Virus record (IMG/VR): IMGVR_UViG_3300024324_000416 | Span: 1 to 64,000 of that record | Source of the DNA: a virus | Strand: one strand, 5' to 3' | Length of the DNA: 64,000 nucleotides | Shown: piece after piece, positions 1-8,803 of the stretch | How the letters are laid out: each line of letters begins with the position of its first letter | Position numbering within the stretch: position 1 is the first letter of the stretch | Translations under genes and position numbers: made by a program | The notes under the pieces: model-generated | Seen by the model: the letters and a program-made list of their open reading frames with translations, nothing else | Database searches by the model: none | Told to the model about the DNA's origin: nothing

Positions 1-73
1 GAATTATAAATACTTTGTAACTATAATTTAAATATACCCCCTAAGTGTCAAAAAACTTATCTATGATAAATGA

Positions 74-102
74 TTGACATGGTGGGGGATTTTTAGTATA
101 AT
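74..102 (+). promoter_or_regulatory. Consensus sigma70/SigA promoter TTGACA-17-TATAAT
   Basis: TTGACA 74-79, TATAAT 97-102, 17-bp spacer; RBS AGGAG at 121-125 before ATG 132. Confidence 0.9.
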
Positions 103-131
103 AGGGGGACGGCTATTTTTAGGAGATTGAT

Positions 132-1910
132 ATGAAGGTTGTACTGCTCACGGCAGCAGCGATGGTTGCGGGAGTCTTTGTTGCCCCGACCGCACAGGCA
201 TATATGTGTCTGGATTTAACTACATATAAATATGTGGAGGTTGCAGACTCTATTGAGTGTAGGTCATATAATAATAGGGGTGAGTTTTCTACTCCCGCCC
301 CTGTGCCTGCGGCACCAGAAGAAGATAACGAAATGGTAACGGAACCTGTTACAGAAGAAGATAACGAAATGGTAACAGCAGAGGAGTTGCTGGATGAAGA
401 CTATTTTGGATCTAATGAAGTTATTGTAGAACTTACCAATGGTGACCTTGTTACTGGTGAAGTCACCCCCGCCGAAAGAGCACAGTTGGAAGCACTCCCA
501 GAGGTAGCCCTAGTGGAAGACTCCGCACCTGTTTATATCCAGGCAGACAGTTGGGGACTAGATCGTATCAACCAGTCAGACCTTCCCTTGGATGATTATT
601 ATGACGGGGGCACCGATGGATCAGGCGTGCGTGTGTATGTCATTGATACAGGCGTTGACTATAGCCTTTCTGAGTTTGCCAATGTAGAGCAAACAGGCTT
701 TGATGCCATTGATGGTGACACATGGGGAGATGGTCGTTTTCTTATTAGGGACGGCAACCCTATGGACTGTCACGGACACGGCACTCACGTTGCGGGTACT
801 GTAGCGGGAACAAACTATGGCGTAGCACCAGGAGCAACCATTGTACCTGTGCGTGTTTTGAGTTGTAGTGGATCAGGTTCTACCCGTGGTGTTATTGAAG
901 GTATTAAGTGGTCTATTGAAGATGCCGCTGGACGACCCGCTGTTATCAATATGTCTTTGGGTGGTAGTTATTCAGCCACAATGAATAGTGCAGTACAAGA
1001 CGCAGTTGATGCGGGTATCACAGTTGTAGTAGCCGCAGGCAATTCAAATTCATATGCTTCTAGTTATTCACCTGCCTCTGCCTCTAATGCTATTACTGTT
1101 GCGTCATCTACCTCTACCGACAGAAAATCTAGTTTCTCTAACTACGGCCCATTGGTAGATATCTGGGCTCCTGGGTCTAGCATTACATCTGTGTGGTACA
1201 ACGGTGGTACAAGGACTATTAGTGGTACTTCTATGGCTTCCCCTCACGTTGCTGGTGCTGCCGCTGCCTACCTTTCAGAAAATCCAGGCTCCTCTCCTGC
1301 CGCTATTGATTCAGCCTTGAAGAGCATGTCTGTTTCTAAGATTAGTGATTCTGAAACTACAAGTCGTTTGCTCCAATGGAATGTTGGAACAGATCCCAAC
1401 CCAGAACCAGAACCTACTCCCACACCAACACCTACTCCCACACCAGAGCCAGATCCCGTGCCTGCTCCTGCTCCCCCAGCGGCACCTGCTCCTGCTCCCG
1501 CACCTCCGTCAGGTGGAGGCGGTGGTAGTGCTCCCGCACCTGCCCCAGCACCAGATCCTATCCTAGAGGTTCCTCCTGTGTGGGTTCCACCAACACCAGA
1601 GAATCCTGTTACGATTCAGTCACAGCCAGATAACGAAACGGTACCGACACAACCACGCACCATAGAAAAGGTGGGAAAGAAAACGGTAGTCACATTACAG
1701 TTTGATGCAGATGACTACACTTCTGTCCGTACCTACAAATGGAATGCCAAGAAGAAGAAGTGGGAGCGAGTGCGTTACATTGTACGCTTTGATGACGGTG
1801 TACAAATGTCCTTCAAAAAGAAGGGCAAGTATAAGGTAATGGGAGTGAATCTCTCAGACAACACAAGAGAAGCATTACTTACCTTCAAAGTCAAGAAGGT
1901 GAAGAAATGA
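132..1910 (+). CDS. Secreted subtilisin-family (S8A, proteinase K/aqualysin-like) serine protease
   Basis: Signal peptide; catalytic motifs VIDTG, HGHGTHVAG, GTSMASPHVAG; oxyanion AAGN; Pro-rich linker and Lys-rich C-terminal domain. Confidence 0.93.
   Translation: MKVVLLTAAAMVAGVFVAPTAQAYMCLDLTTYKYVEVADSIECRSYNNRGEFSTPAPVPAAPEEDNEMVTEPVTEEDNEMVTAEELLDEDYFGSNEVIVELTNGDLVTGEVTPAERAQLEALPEVALVEDSAPVYIQADSWGLDRINQSDLPLDDYYDGGTDGSGVRVYVIDTGVDYSLSEFANVEQTGFDAIDGDTWGDGRFLIRDGNPMDCHGHGTHVAGTVAGTNYGVAPGATIVPVRVLSCSGSGSTRGVIEGIKWSIEDAAGRPAVINMSLGGSYSATMNSAVQDAVDAGITVVVAAGNSNSYASSYSPASASNAITVASSTSTDRKSSFSNYGPLVDIWAPGSSITSVWYNGGTRTISGTSMASPHVAGAAAAYLSENPGSSPAAIDSALKSMSVSKISDSETTSRLLQWNVGTDPNPEPEPTPTPTPTPTPEPDPVPAPAPPAAPAPAPAPPSGGGGGSAPAPAPAPDPILEVPPVWVPPTPENPVTIQSQPDNETVPTQPRTIEKVGKKTVVTLQFDADDYTSVRTYKWNAKKKKWERVRYIVRFDDGVQMSFKKKGKYKVMGVNLSDNTREALLTFKVKKVKK
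316..376 (+). repeat. 25-nt direct repeat x2 (EEDNEMVT) in the protease pro-region
   Basis: CAGAAGAAGATAACGAAATGGTAAC at 316-340 and 352-376. Confidence 0.9.
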
Positions 1911-1960
1911 GCCAGAATACTTTATTGTGTTCCATTTATGACCTATTTGCAAAGTAATAG

Positions 1961-1971
1961 TATGGTATAAT
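1961..1971 (+). promoter_or_regulatory. Extended -10 promoter
   Basis: TATGGTATAAT; RBS GGAGG at 1991-1995. Confidence 0.75.
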
Positions 1972-2002
1972 AAAATCAAATACTTTTCTAGGAGGATTGT
2001 TC

Positions 2003-3496
2003 GTGGGTTGGGATGAAGTAAAAGATGAAAAAGAAGGATATGTAAGAGTACGAAAGGGTAATGACCGTGGTAGTCTTGTTGGTCATATGCGTGACGCAAA
2101 CGATGATCCTAATGCAAAAGGATATATTGAACTAAATAAAGAAGACCTTGGCGGCATGGGTGATGGAGGATCTGCCCCACACTCCCATCCAGAGTATGTA
2201 GGAAAGACACATGCTCACGATGATAAGGCAGACACAACCCACACTCACAACAACTATGCAGACAAGACACACGATCATCCACCACAGGATCTAACCCACA
2301 ATCACAATGGGGTTTACCAGCCTGCGGGTACTTATGCAGACAAGACACATGCTCACCCTGAGAAGGCTGACACAACCCACACTCACGACACGACTCATAA
2401 TCACGACGCGGATTACGCACCTGTTCACGATCACCCGTATGCGTCTGACGGTCACGACCACGACGCTGCCTACAAGCATGACCATCCGTATGCGAAGGAT
2501 GACCACACGCATGACACATCGCATAGCCACGGCAATTACTTTCTCAAAGGTGGCGGGACTGACGATGACGGGAACTCGTTGCCCTTGCCTTACGGGGATG
2601 CGTTCACGCTGGGTGAGGCTGTCGATGGGGTCAAGGATGAGAACAGCGAGCAGAATGGTAGGCTAGATGCAGTTGAGGCTCACGGCCACCCTGACCTTGC
2701 GACCAAGGAAGATGTTGCGGCTTTGGAAGCGGAGATGGAACTGCTTGCCAAGACCTTGGAGTTCGGTGTATGGCAGGTTACTGATTCCAGTATTCGTCCT
2801 GGGAAAGTTAACTTGACCAGTAATGACTTTTCCGCAGTCGATAACATCTTGAATATCCACAACGAGGATACCAACGGTAAGACTCACGGCTGGACTGCTC
2901 TTGATGCTGGCTCGTACATTGAGTTAACCCAAGGCTCCTCCTCTGATGGTCGCAGTCTTGCTGACGCTGATTACGCCCTGTATGAGGTGACTAGCGTGAT
3001 GACAACTGACGACTGGGTTTCTATCACGGTGAAGTTGTATCAGGGTAACGGTGACGGGGTTAATGATGAGTTCTTCCGTATCAAGGTTATTGACCTTGCT
3101 GGTACTGACATTAACGACTTGGATTCGCGTTACGCAAAAACGAATCACACGCATGATGACAAGGTTCATCCTGGTAGGCCGTTCAGGTTTACTCCTGGCT
3201 TAAATGCCGACGGCGGCTTCCAAACCTTGGATGGTGGAGCACGGATTACCTTCGCCGTAAAAGACTTGAATGGCCTATCAAGGGTTCAGAACTCGTACCC
3301 TGATTTCTCTTGGGACGAGCATTGCAAAATAACTGTCTGGCATCGTGATTCTGGCGTTCTCAAGTTCGCGCTTAAAGCGGGAAAAACAACCGACTACAGC
3401 GCAGGGCATATTTCGTTCAAGGGTGGAGCGAAACTGTACGACAAGGGACTCGTTACTGGCGAGGTCTATGACATTGTGGTTGAGGGGTATTGGTAA
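2003..3496 (+). CDS. His-rich (HxH repeat) fibre-like protein
   Basis: GTG start after GGAGG (MGWDEV...); 13 tandem HxH motifs, short coiled coil, beta-rich C-terminus. Confidence 0.65.
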   Translation: MGWDEVKDEKEGYVRVRKGNDRGSLVGHMRDANDDPNAKGYIELNKEDLGGMGDGGSAPHSHPEYVGKTHAHDDKADTTHTHNNYADKTHDHPPQDLTHNHNGVYQPAGTYADKTHAHPEKADTTHTHDTTHNHDADYAPVHDHPYASDGHDHDAAYKHDHPYAKDDHTHDTSHSHGNYFLKGGGTDDDGNSLPLPYGDAFTLGEAVDGVKDENSEQNGRLDAVEAHGHPDLATKEDVAALEAEMELLAKTLEFGVWQVTDSSIRPGKVNLTSNDFSAVDNILNIHNEDTNGKTHGWTALDAGSYIELTQGSSSDGRSLADADYALYEVTSVMTTDDWVSITVKLYQGNGDGVNDEFFRIKVIDLAGTDINDLDSRYAKTNHTHDDKVHPGRPFRFTPGLNADGGFQTLDGGARITFAVKDLNGLSRVQNSYPDFSWDEHCKITVWHRDSGVLKFALKAGKTTDYSAGHISFKGGAKLYDKGLVTGEVYDIVVEGYW

Positions 3497-4404
3497 TGAT
3501 TGGTATGGGATTTACGCAAACAACGGGTAAAGAAGGAAACTGGCCCAAGGAAGTAACACACGCACGCATCTGGGATATAGGTGCAACATGGAAGGATATT
3601 CATGTTGGCCCTGACCAATACAATTGGGGACGCTTAGACGAAGTAATGGCTAAGATGGAAGGTATGGGTTATAAACACATTACCTATGTTATTGCCGCTA
3701 CCCCCCGTTGGGCCGCACAAGATCCCAATGCCCCCCATAGTGCTCCTTGGTTAGGCCCAGGCACAAACTCTCTACCAGGAGATCTTAATGCTTCTTGGAA
3801 ACCATTCGTAGCAAACTTATCACAACGATACAAGGGTCGCATTCACGCATATGAAATTTGGAATGAACCACAACTTGCTGATTTTATGTATCCTTACGAT
3901 GATAAGAATCGTAACAAACTTGCTCAGATGACTAAAGACGCTTCTCGTATCATTAAGGGTAATGACCCTGCCGCAAAAATTGGGTGTGCGTCAGTATTGC
4001 CCAGACCAAGTTCGGGCGGTATGAAGAAGGCCAAGAAATATTTCACAGCACTTAAAAAGAAGGATAGTAAAAACTGGTGCGGCATTGACTTTGTTTCCTG
4101 CCACATTTATCCAATGGGCTCCACATCGCAAGGGAAGTTGTGGAAAGAATATCACCAAGACGTAAAGAAGACTATGAAGGATATGGGTTGCCCCACTACA
4201 AAACTATGGGTGACCGAAACAGCACTAGGATTACTCTCTGACGGAATCCCACAGGACAAGGTAGAGAAGTATATGCAAACCATTAAAGACTACGTTAAGG
4301 GTGGTTTTGTAATGTGGTATGCTTGGGAGCGTCCTGACTTAAAGGGTGCTTGGATTGGCGACGGCACATATGCATGGACAGCAATTAAAAAGAGGTGGAG
4401 TTGA
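3496..4404 (+). CDS. Clan GH-A glycoside hydrolase (GH5/GH39-like TIM barrel)
   Basis: YEIWNEP acid/base, SCHIYP, LWVTET nucleophile, WYAW; TAATG coupling to upstream gene. Confidence 0.8.
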   Translation: MIGMGFTQTTGKEGNWPKEVTHARIWDIGATWKDIHVGPDQYNWGRLDEVMAKMEGMGYKHITYVIAATPRWAAQDPNAPHSAPWLGPGTNSLPGDLNASWKPFVANLSQRYKGRIHAYEIWNEPQLADFMYPYDDKNRNKLAQMTKDASRIIKGNDPAAKIGCASVLPRPSSGGMKKAKKYFTALKKKDSKNWCGIDFVSCHIYPMGSTSQGKLWKEYHQDVKKTMKDMGCPTTKLWVTETALGLLSDGIPQDKVEKYMQTIKDYVKGGFVMWYAWERPDLKGAWIGDGTYAWTAIKKRWS

Positions 4405-4532
4405 TGATAAAGATGAGTGATACAAAATTTGATGATGCAGAAGACGAAGAGAACTTCAAGTTGAAAGATATTCAACCTGAACCTTTTGTTGACGCACCTA
4501 GTGATGATGAAGGGGTGTCTGAAGATGCGTAG
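4404..4532 (+). CDS. Small acidic protein (42 aa; alternative start 4413), not in ORF track
   Basis: TGATG coupling; (MIK)MSDTKFDDAEDEENFKLKDIQPEPFVDAPSDDEGVSEDA*. Confidence 0.55.
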   Translation: MIKMSDTKFDDAEDEENFKLKDIQPEPFVDAPSDDEGVSEDA

Positions 4533-5205
4533 TGTAAAGAAGCAACAGGAATGGGCGAAGGGCCAGATCAAGAACCCTAGCCAAAGTTGGGATGGAATGT
4601 GCCAGTCGTTTGCTCGTCAGTCATACGGCATGGGTGGTTTTGGCGGTAGTGCGACTATCGCTTATGGCAACGTTTCGGAAAAATTTAAGCACAAGATTAC
4701 AAAGTACAGCGACAAGGAATGGTGGTCTTCGATCCCTCAGGGTGCTCTGATTTATTCTGATTCGGGAAAATATGGTCATGCTTGGGTTGCTGCTGGTGAC
4801 GGTGCTGCTTATTCTAACGACTATAAGCGTAAAGGTAAGATAGATAAGGTTCCTGTAGATCTTCCTGGTTGGAGCAATGTAAAGAAGGCTACTCTTGGTT
4901 ACATTGACGGCTGCCAGTGGTATGACAAGGACGGCAGCAAGAGATTCGGTTTGTCGTTTGACTTGTGGGACGGCAAGATTCCTCCGTTTGAGAATGTTAT
5001 GGCAGCGTTTGAGGATCAGTCTCTTGCCAATAAAGCAGTTTGGCGACTTGCTTGCCGATTGCGGGATATTGGATACGGAAAAGGTTCTCCAGTTGCTTAT
5101 GAGCAAAAGTGGCCTAATAAAAATTATGGTATTTGGTGTGACGCTATGAAGTTGGATAGTAAAAACTTCAGCGAAGTTGAGTTCAATCTAATCTTTGGTG
5201 TGTAA
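4525..5205 (+). CDS. Endolysin, CHAP/NlpC-P60-like Cys-His peptidase plus shared C-terminal domain
   Basis: WDGMCQSF and YGHAW motifs; C-terminal LWDGK domain shared with the two amidases. Confidence 0.7.
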   Translation: MRSVKKQQEWAKGQIKNPSQSWDGMCQSFARQSYGMGGFGGSATIAYGNVSEKFKHKITKYSDKEWWSSIPQGALIYSDSGKYGHAWVAAGDGAAYSNDYKRKGKIDKVPVDLPGWSNVKKATLGYIDGCQWYDKDGSKRFGLSFDLWDGKIPPFENVMAAFEDQSLANKAVWRLACRLRDIGYGKGSPVAYEQKWPNKNYGIWCDAMKLDSKNFSEVEFNLIFGV

Positions 5206-5263
5206 CGCTACTATTTACCACGCAAATTACACGGCAGACGTTTAATTTACATGCTTATTTCTA

Positions 5264-5285
5264 ACTACCCCTTTTTCGGGGTAGT
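5264..5285 (+). terminator. Stem-loop upstream of promoter
   Basis: ACTACCCC-TTTTTC-GGGGTAGT; no downstream U tract. Confidence 0.45.
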
Positions 5286-5291
5286 CAAAAA

Positions 5292-5302
5292 TATGGTATA
5301 AT
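5292..5302 (+). promoter_or_regulatory. Extended -10 promoter
   Basis: TATGGTATAAT; RBS AAGGAGG before GTG 5338. Confidence 0.75.
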
Positions 5303-5337
5303 AAAGAGTAATATAAATAAATGAGAAGGAGGTTACT

Positions 5338-6243
5338 GTGAGCGTTTCGGCAAAAGAGTTTGAGAAAGCAATCAACGAATCAGGCATTGCTAAAATCAAG
5401 TGGTGGAAAGACTGGGACAAGAACGACTGGAATGGTCGTAAAGGTTGGTCTACTAAGAGTGGAGACCCTCAGGGTTTGCTACTTCATCATAATGGTGGTG
5501 CTGCTACTGAGTCTACCAAACCCGAAGACAATAATGATTGCTCTAAAGATGACAATGGTGCTAAATTTGTAAATCGTCATCCTGACTTTAATTCGCCTGC
5601 CTCTCAATTCTTTTTGCGGCGTTGCGGTAAGTTAGATGTTAATGCTTACACACAATGCTATCACGCAGGCAAGGGCGATTTCACTGGTACTGATTGGGCA
5701 GGTCACAAGATCCCTAAAGACTCGGCTAACGGCTATCTGATGGGCATTGAGATTGCTTCCAAGGGCAAGAAGAATGACTTCACTGAAGCACAATGGGAAA
5801 CACTAACTAAGTTGGCAATTACTCTCAAAAAACTTTATGGATGGAAAGATCTCTCAAATTTCTACTTCCCAAGGCATAAAGACTGGGCAGGTTCACGGAA
5901 AAACGATATTCAGGCTTCGGGAAAATTTGTGCAGGGTAAGTTTGAAGAGTATGGGCAACTTTGGGACGGTAAGGTTCCTCCTTACGATTCAGTTCTTGCT
6001 GCTCAGGCAGATCAAACTCTTGCTAATAAGGCAGTTTTTAGGCTCACTAATAGATTGCATGATATTGGCTTTGGTAAAAGTACCCCTGTTGTTTACAAAC
6101 AGACTTGGCCTAATAAGAATTATGGATTGTGGTGTGATGCTAATGGCGTTGATGCAAGCGCAGTTTACACTATCAAGGTTCATTCACAAATTTTCGACAC
6201 TCCACTTTTGTGTGAGTGCTGTGGTCAGGAGTTGCCTGCATAG
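5338..6243 (+). CDS. Endolysin, N-acetylmuramoyl-L-alanine amidase (Amidase_2)
   Basis: LLLHHNGG, CYHAGKG, MGIEI, RHKDW...RKND Zn-amidase motifs. Confidence 0.85.
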   Translation: MSVSAKEFEKAINESGIAKIKWWKDWDKNDWNGRKGWSTKSGDPQGLLLHHNGGAATESTKPEDNNDCSKDDNGAKFVNRHPDFNSPASQFFLRRCGKLDVNAYTQCYHAGKGDFTGTDWAGHKIPKDSANGYLMGIEIASKGKKNDFTEAQWETLTKLAITLKKLYGWKDLSNFYFPRHKDWAGSRKNDIQASGKFVQGKFEEYGQLWDGKVPPYDSVLAAQADQTLANKAVFRLTNRLHDIGFGKSTPVVYKQTWPNKNYGLWCDANGVDASAVYTIKVHSQIFDTPLLCECCGQELPA

Positions 6244-6277
6244 TGTTTATGTTGCAGACCAAAGGGGTGTATTGTGA

Positions 6278-6514
6278 GTGAAGAATGTAGATCTTAAAGT
6301 TCTTGCTTTAAGTATTGTTGGTACTGTACTTGTTCTCCTTGTGTTTGGCGGACTTATTCGGGCAATAAAGGATGGCTCTGGACTTGATCCTGGTACCGCT
6401 TCTGCCGCCTTTGCACTTCTAGGTGCTATGGTTGCAGGCTCTCTTGGAGCAACGGCAGTCAAAAAGGATATAGACAATAAAGAAGAAGAAGAGGAAGAGG
6501 ACGAAGACTACTAA
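6278..6514 (+). CDS. Putative holin (2 TM segments)
   Basis: Two hydrophobic helices, located between lysins; acidic C-terminal tail. Confidence 0.6.
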   Translation: MKNVDLKVLALSIVGTVLVLLVFGGLIRAIKDGSGLDPGTASAAFALLGAMVAGSLGATAVKKDIDNKEEEEEEDEDY

Positions 6515-6517
6515 AGT

Positions 6518-6528
6518 TGTGGTATAAT
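6518..6528 (+). promoter_or_regulatory. Extended -10 promoter
   Basis: TGTGGTATAAT; RBS GGAGGT before ATG 6549. Confidence 0.8.
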
Positions 6529-6548
6529 GTTTTTCGGAGGTAAGTAAA

Positions 6549-6710
6549 ATGGACCCAAGAGAACGGCAACGTTTGGCTCGTGAAGCAGCCAAGGCTGGAA
6601 AGAATCCTGCCCCTGCCCCTGCACCTGTAGAAGAGGTTGTAGAGGTAGAAGAGGTAGTGGAGGTAGAAGTAGATCAGGAAGATAAACCCAGAACATTTTG
6701 GGGTGGCTGA
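6549..6710 (+). CDS. Small Pro/Glu-rich protein (53 aa), not in ORF track
   Basis: Own promoter and RBS; MDPRERQRLAREAAKAGKNPAPAPAPVEEVVEVEEVVEVEVDQEDKPRTFWGG*. Confidence 0.75.
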   Translation: MDPRERQRLAREAAKAGKNPAPAPAPVEEVVEVEEVVEVEVDQEDKPRTFWGG

Positions 6711-6712
6711 TC

Positions 6713-7603
6713 ATGGCTGTATCATCAGACAAGTTTAAGAAGGCACTAGATGCCTCTGGGTTAGACATTGAGTGGATGAGTGGTTGGAAGAACACTTGGC
6801 ACGGAATGAGTGCATGGAAGGGTAAGAACGGTAACCCCGTTGCCTTGATGCTTCATCATACCGCAGGTGCTTCCACAGATTCTACTGACCCCAAGCACAA
6901 GGGAAACCAATGTTCTGCTGATGACGGGCAGGTAAAGTTCGTACACCGCCACCCAGAGTTCAAAAGTCCCGCATCGCAATTCACTTTGCGACGTTGTGGT
7001 AAGTTAGCGATTAACGCCTACAAGCCTTGCTACCATGCAGGTAAGGGAGATTTTTCTGGTACAGAGTGGAAGGGTCTTGGAATTCCCAAGGACTCCGCAA
7101 ATACCTACCTCATGGGAATTGAAATCGTTTCGAAGGGACTTAAAGAAGATCTAACAGAAAATCAATGGCGAACACTCGCTACCCTTGCTAAGACACTTTC
7201 TGATTTGTATGGTTGGGGAGATACCGATACTTTCCACTTCCCCCGACACAAGGACTACGCTCCAGATCGCAAGGTAGATATCAAGGCATCAAACAAAATG
7301 GTGCAGAAGAAGTTCCAAGAGTACGCAGGACTATGGGATGGCAAGGTTCCAGCCATCGAAGGAATCTACAATGCCGAATTCGATCCTACACTCAAGAACC
7401 CTGCTACATGGAGACTTGCTAGTCGCCTAGCAGATTTGGGACACTACAAAGGCACACCTGTTAAGGGTGAAGTCGGATATCCAAAGAAAGCAATGGAAAA
7501 CTTTAATGCAAATACTAATATGGAAGACAAGTCAGCCTATGGTCCTAAGGCACATCGAAAAATCTTTAACATCGACAAGAGTGTTCCTGACGAAGAACTG
7601 TAA
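6713..7603 (+). CDS. Endolysin, second Amidase_2 paralog
   Basis: LMLHHTAG, CYHAGKG, MGIEI, RHKDY...RKVD; clearly paralogous to 5338-6243. Confidence 0.85.
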   Translation: MAVSSDKFKKALDASGLDIEWMSGWKNTWHGMSAWKGKNGNPVALMLHHTAGASTDSTDPKHKGNQCSADDGQVKFVHRHPEFKSPASQFTLRRCGKLAINAYKPCYHAGKGDFSGTEWKGLGIPKDSANTYLMGIEIVSKGLKEDLTENQWRTLATLAKTLSDLYGWGDTDTFHFPRHKDYAPDRKVDIKASNKMVQKKFQEYAGLWDGKVPAIEGIYNAEFDPTLKNPATWRLASRLADLGHYKGTPVKGEVGYPKKAMENFNANTNMEDKSAYGPKAHRKIFNIDKSVPDEEL

Positions 7604-7758
7604 GTAAGTGTGAAGATACAAAGCACAAGAGCGATAAGTTTAGTATAGAACACAACCACACCTAGGGCGAACTCGTGGCTATGAATCTCGGGGCAAGATA
7701 TATAGGATGATGACTTAACCTATAATTCGGCGGCAGAGAAAAAATATTTTCTTAAATT

Positions 7759-7769
7759 TATGGTATAAT
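7759..7769 (+). promoter_or_regulatory. Extended -10 promoter
   Basis: TATGGTATAAT; RBS GAGGGTG before ATG 7802. Confidence 0.75.
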
Positions 7770-7801
7770 TATATCAATACTTTGAACGAGGGTGATTATT
7801 A

Positions 7802-7963
7802 ATGGGTTGGGTTTCTCAAACCTCATACATTTATGTTTGGGGCAATGGTGGGAAGATAGGTCCAGGTGGAGGTTCTACACCAGGACCAGGACCAGGGCCA
7901 GATCCAGAGGATCTATCATTTATCCTAGACCAAAGTAAATTAGACACAGGAAAATTGGGGTAG
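7802..7963 (+). CDS. MGWVSQTSYIY microprotein 1 (53 aa), not in ORF track
   Basis: MGWVSQTSYIYVWGNGGKIGPGGGSTPGPGPGPDPEDLSFILDQSKLDTGKLG*; paralog at 11981. Confidence 0.8.
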   Translation: MGWVSQTSYIYVWGNGGKIGPGGGSTPGPGPGPDPEDLSFILDQSKLDTGKLG

Positions 7964-7973
7964 GGAGATAACA

Positions 7974-8789
7974 ATGGGTAAAACATATGTAGCAGACGAG
8001 GTGCTTAAGGCAACAGACCTAAACGCATCACTAGCAGATAAGATTGATAAGGGAGATTCCACTTACACAGACTTGAATGAAGTACAGACAGCAGTAGAAG
8101 CACTTGATGCTCGTCTTACTCACATTGAAGAAAACATTGAACCATCTATTCAAACCATTGTTAATACAGACGTTACTGTTACTGCTGGTGGTGCTGTAGC
8201 CACAGTAGATCCCCTAGGATCAGGTGGTTGGTACTACGCAAACTCTGGTGTCGGTGGTGAAAAAGCAAACTGGTACTTCTTTGGTCAGGGTGGTGGAGCA
8301 CTTACAGAAATTGTCACTTTGGGTGACCTAAACTCTATTTATGGTTTCTTCCGTCCCCGTTCAAATGAAACCCGCATTCCTTACGCTGCCCTCTACACAG
8401 CACCTCAAGGTGATGCCGACGACGCAGAAACTTGGTATCGATCCCGCATCGTATGGGAGATTCTTCCTGACCAACCAGGAGTACCCAATACAGGTGGTGA
8501 TACTCACAACTGGCCCACAATCGCACCAGGAGTACACGAGCCCCTACTAGCATGGGCAGGCAAGACCGACCCTGACGTATTCACAAACGTTACTCATTAC
8601 CAAATGCTAGAACAAGATTTTGTAACCGCAGGCCCAAAGGGAGATGAAGAGATTGTTTTGTTCCTTGTTATTGGAACTGACTCAAGTGAGAGTGCAGGCG
8701 GGTATAACTTTGTTCTCAATACAACAGGGGCAGATCTTGCTCTTGGAGGATATCAGTCAACATTACTAGCAGTACAATCAGACCTGTAG
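7974..8789 (+). CDS. Putative virion fibre/minor structural protein
   Basis: N-terminal YVADEVLKATDLN motif, short coiled coil; RBS GGGAGA. Confidence 0.5.
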   Translation: MGKTYVADEVLKATDLNASLADKIDKGDSTYTDLNEVQTAVEALDARLTHIEENIEPSIQTIVNTDVTVTAGGAVATVDPLGSGGWYYANSGVGGEKANWYFFGQGGGALTEIVTLGDLNSIYGFFRPRSNETRIPYAALYTAPQGDADDAETWYRSRIVWEILPDQPGVPNTGGDTHNWPTIAPGVHEPLLAWAGKTDPDVFTNVTHYQMLEQDFVTAGPKGDEEIVLFLVIGTDSSESAGGYNFVLNTTGADLALGGYQSTLLAVQSDL

Positions 8790-8803
8790 GAGGATATTGA
8801 AAA

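Noticed and set aside
316-376. 25-nt repeat as a CRISPR array
   Set aside because: Only two copies, 11-nt spacer, in-frame coding duplication
5-5319. T4-type late promoter TATAAATA at 5 and 5312
   Set aside because: Only isolated copies in AT-rich gaps; not found before structural genes
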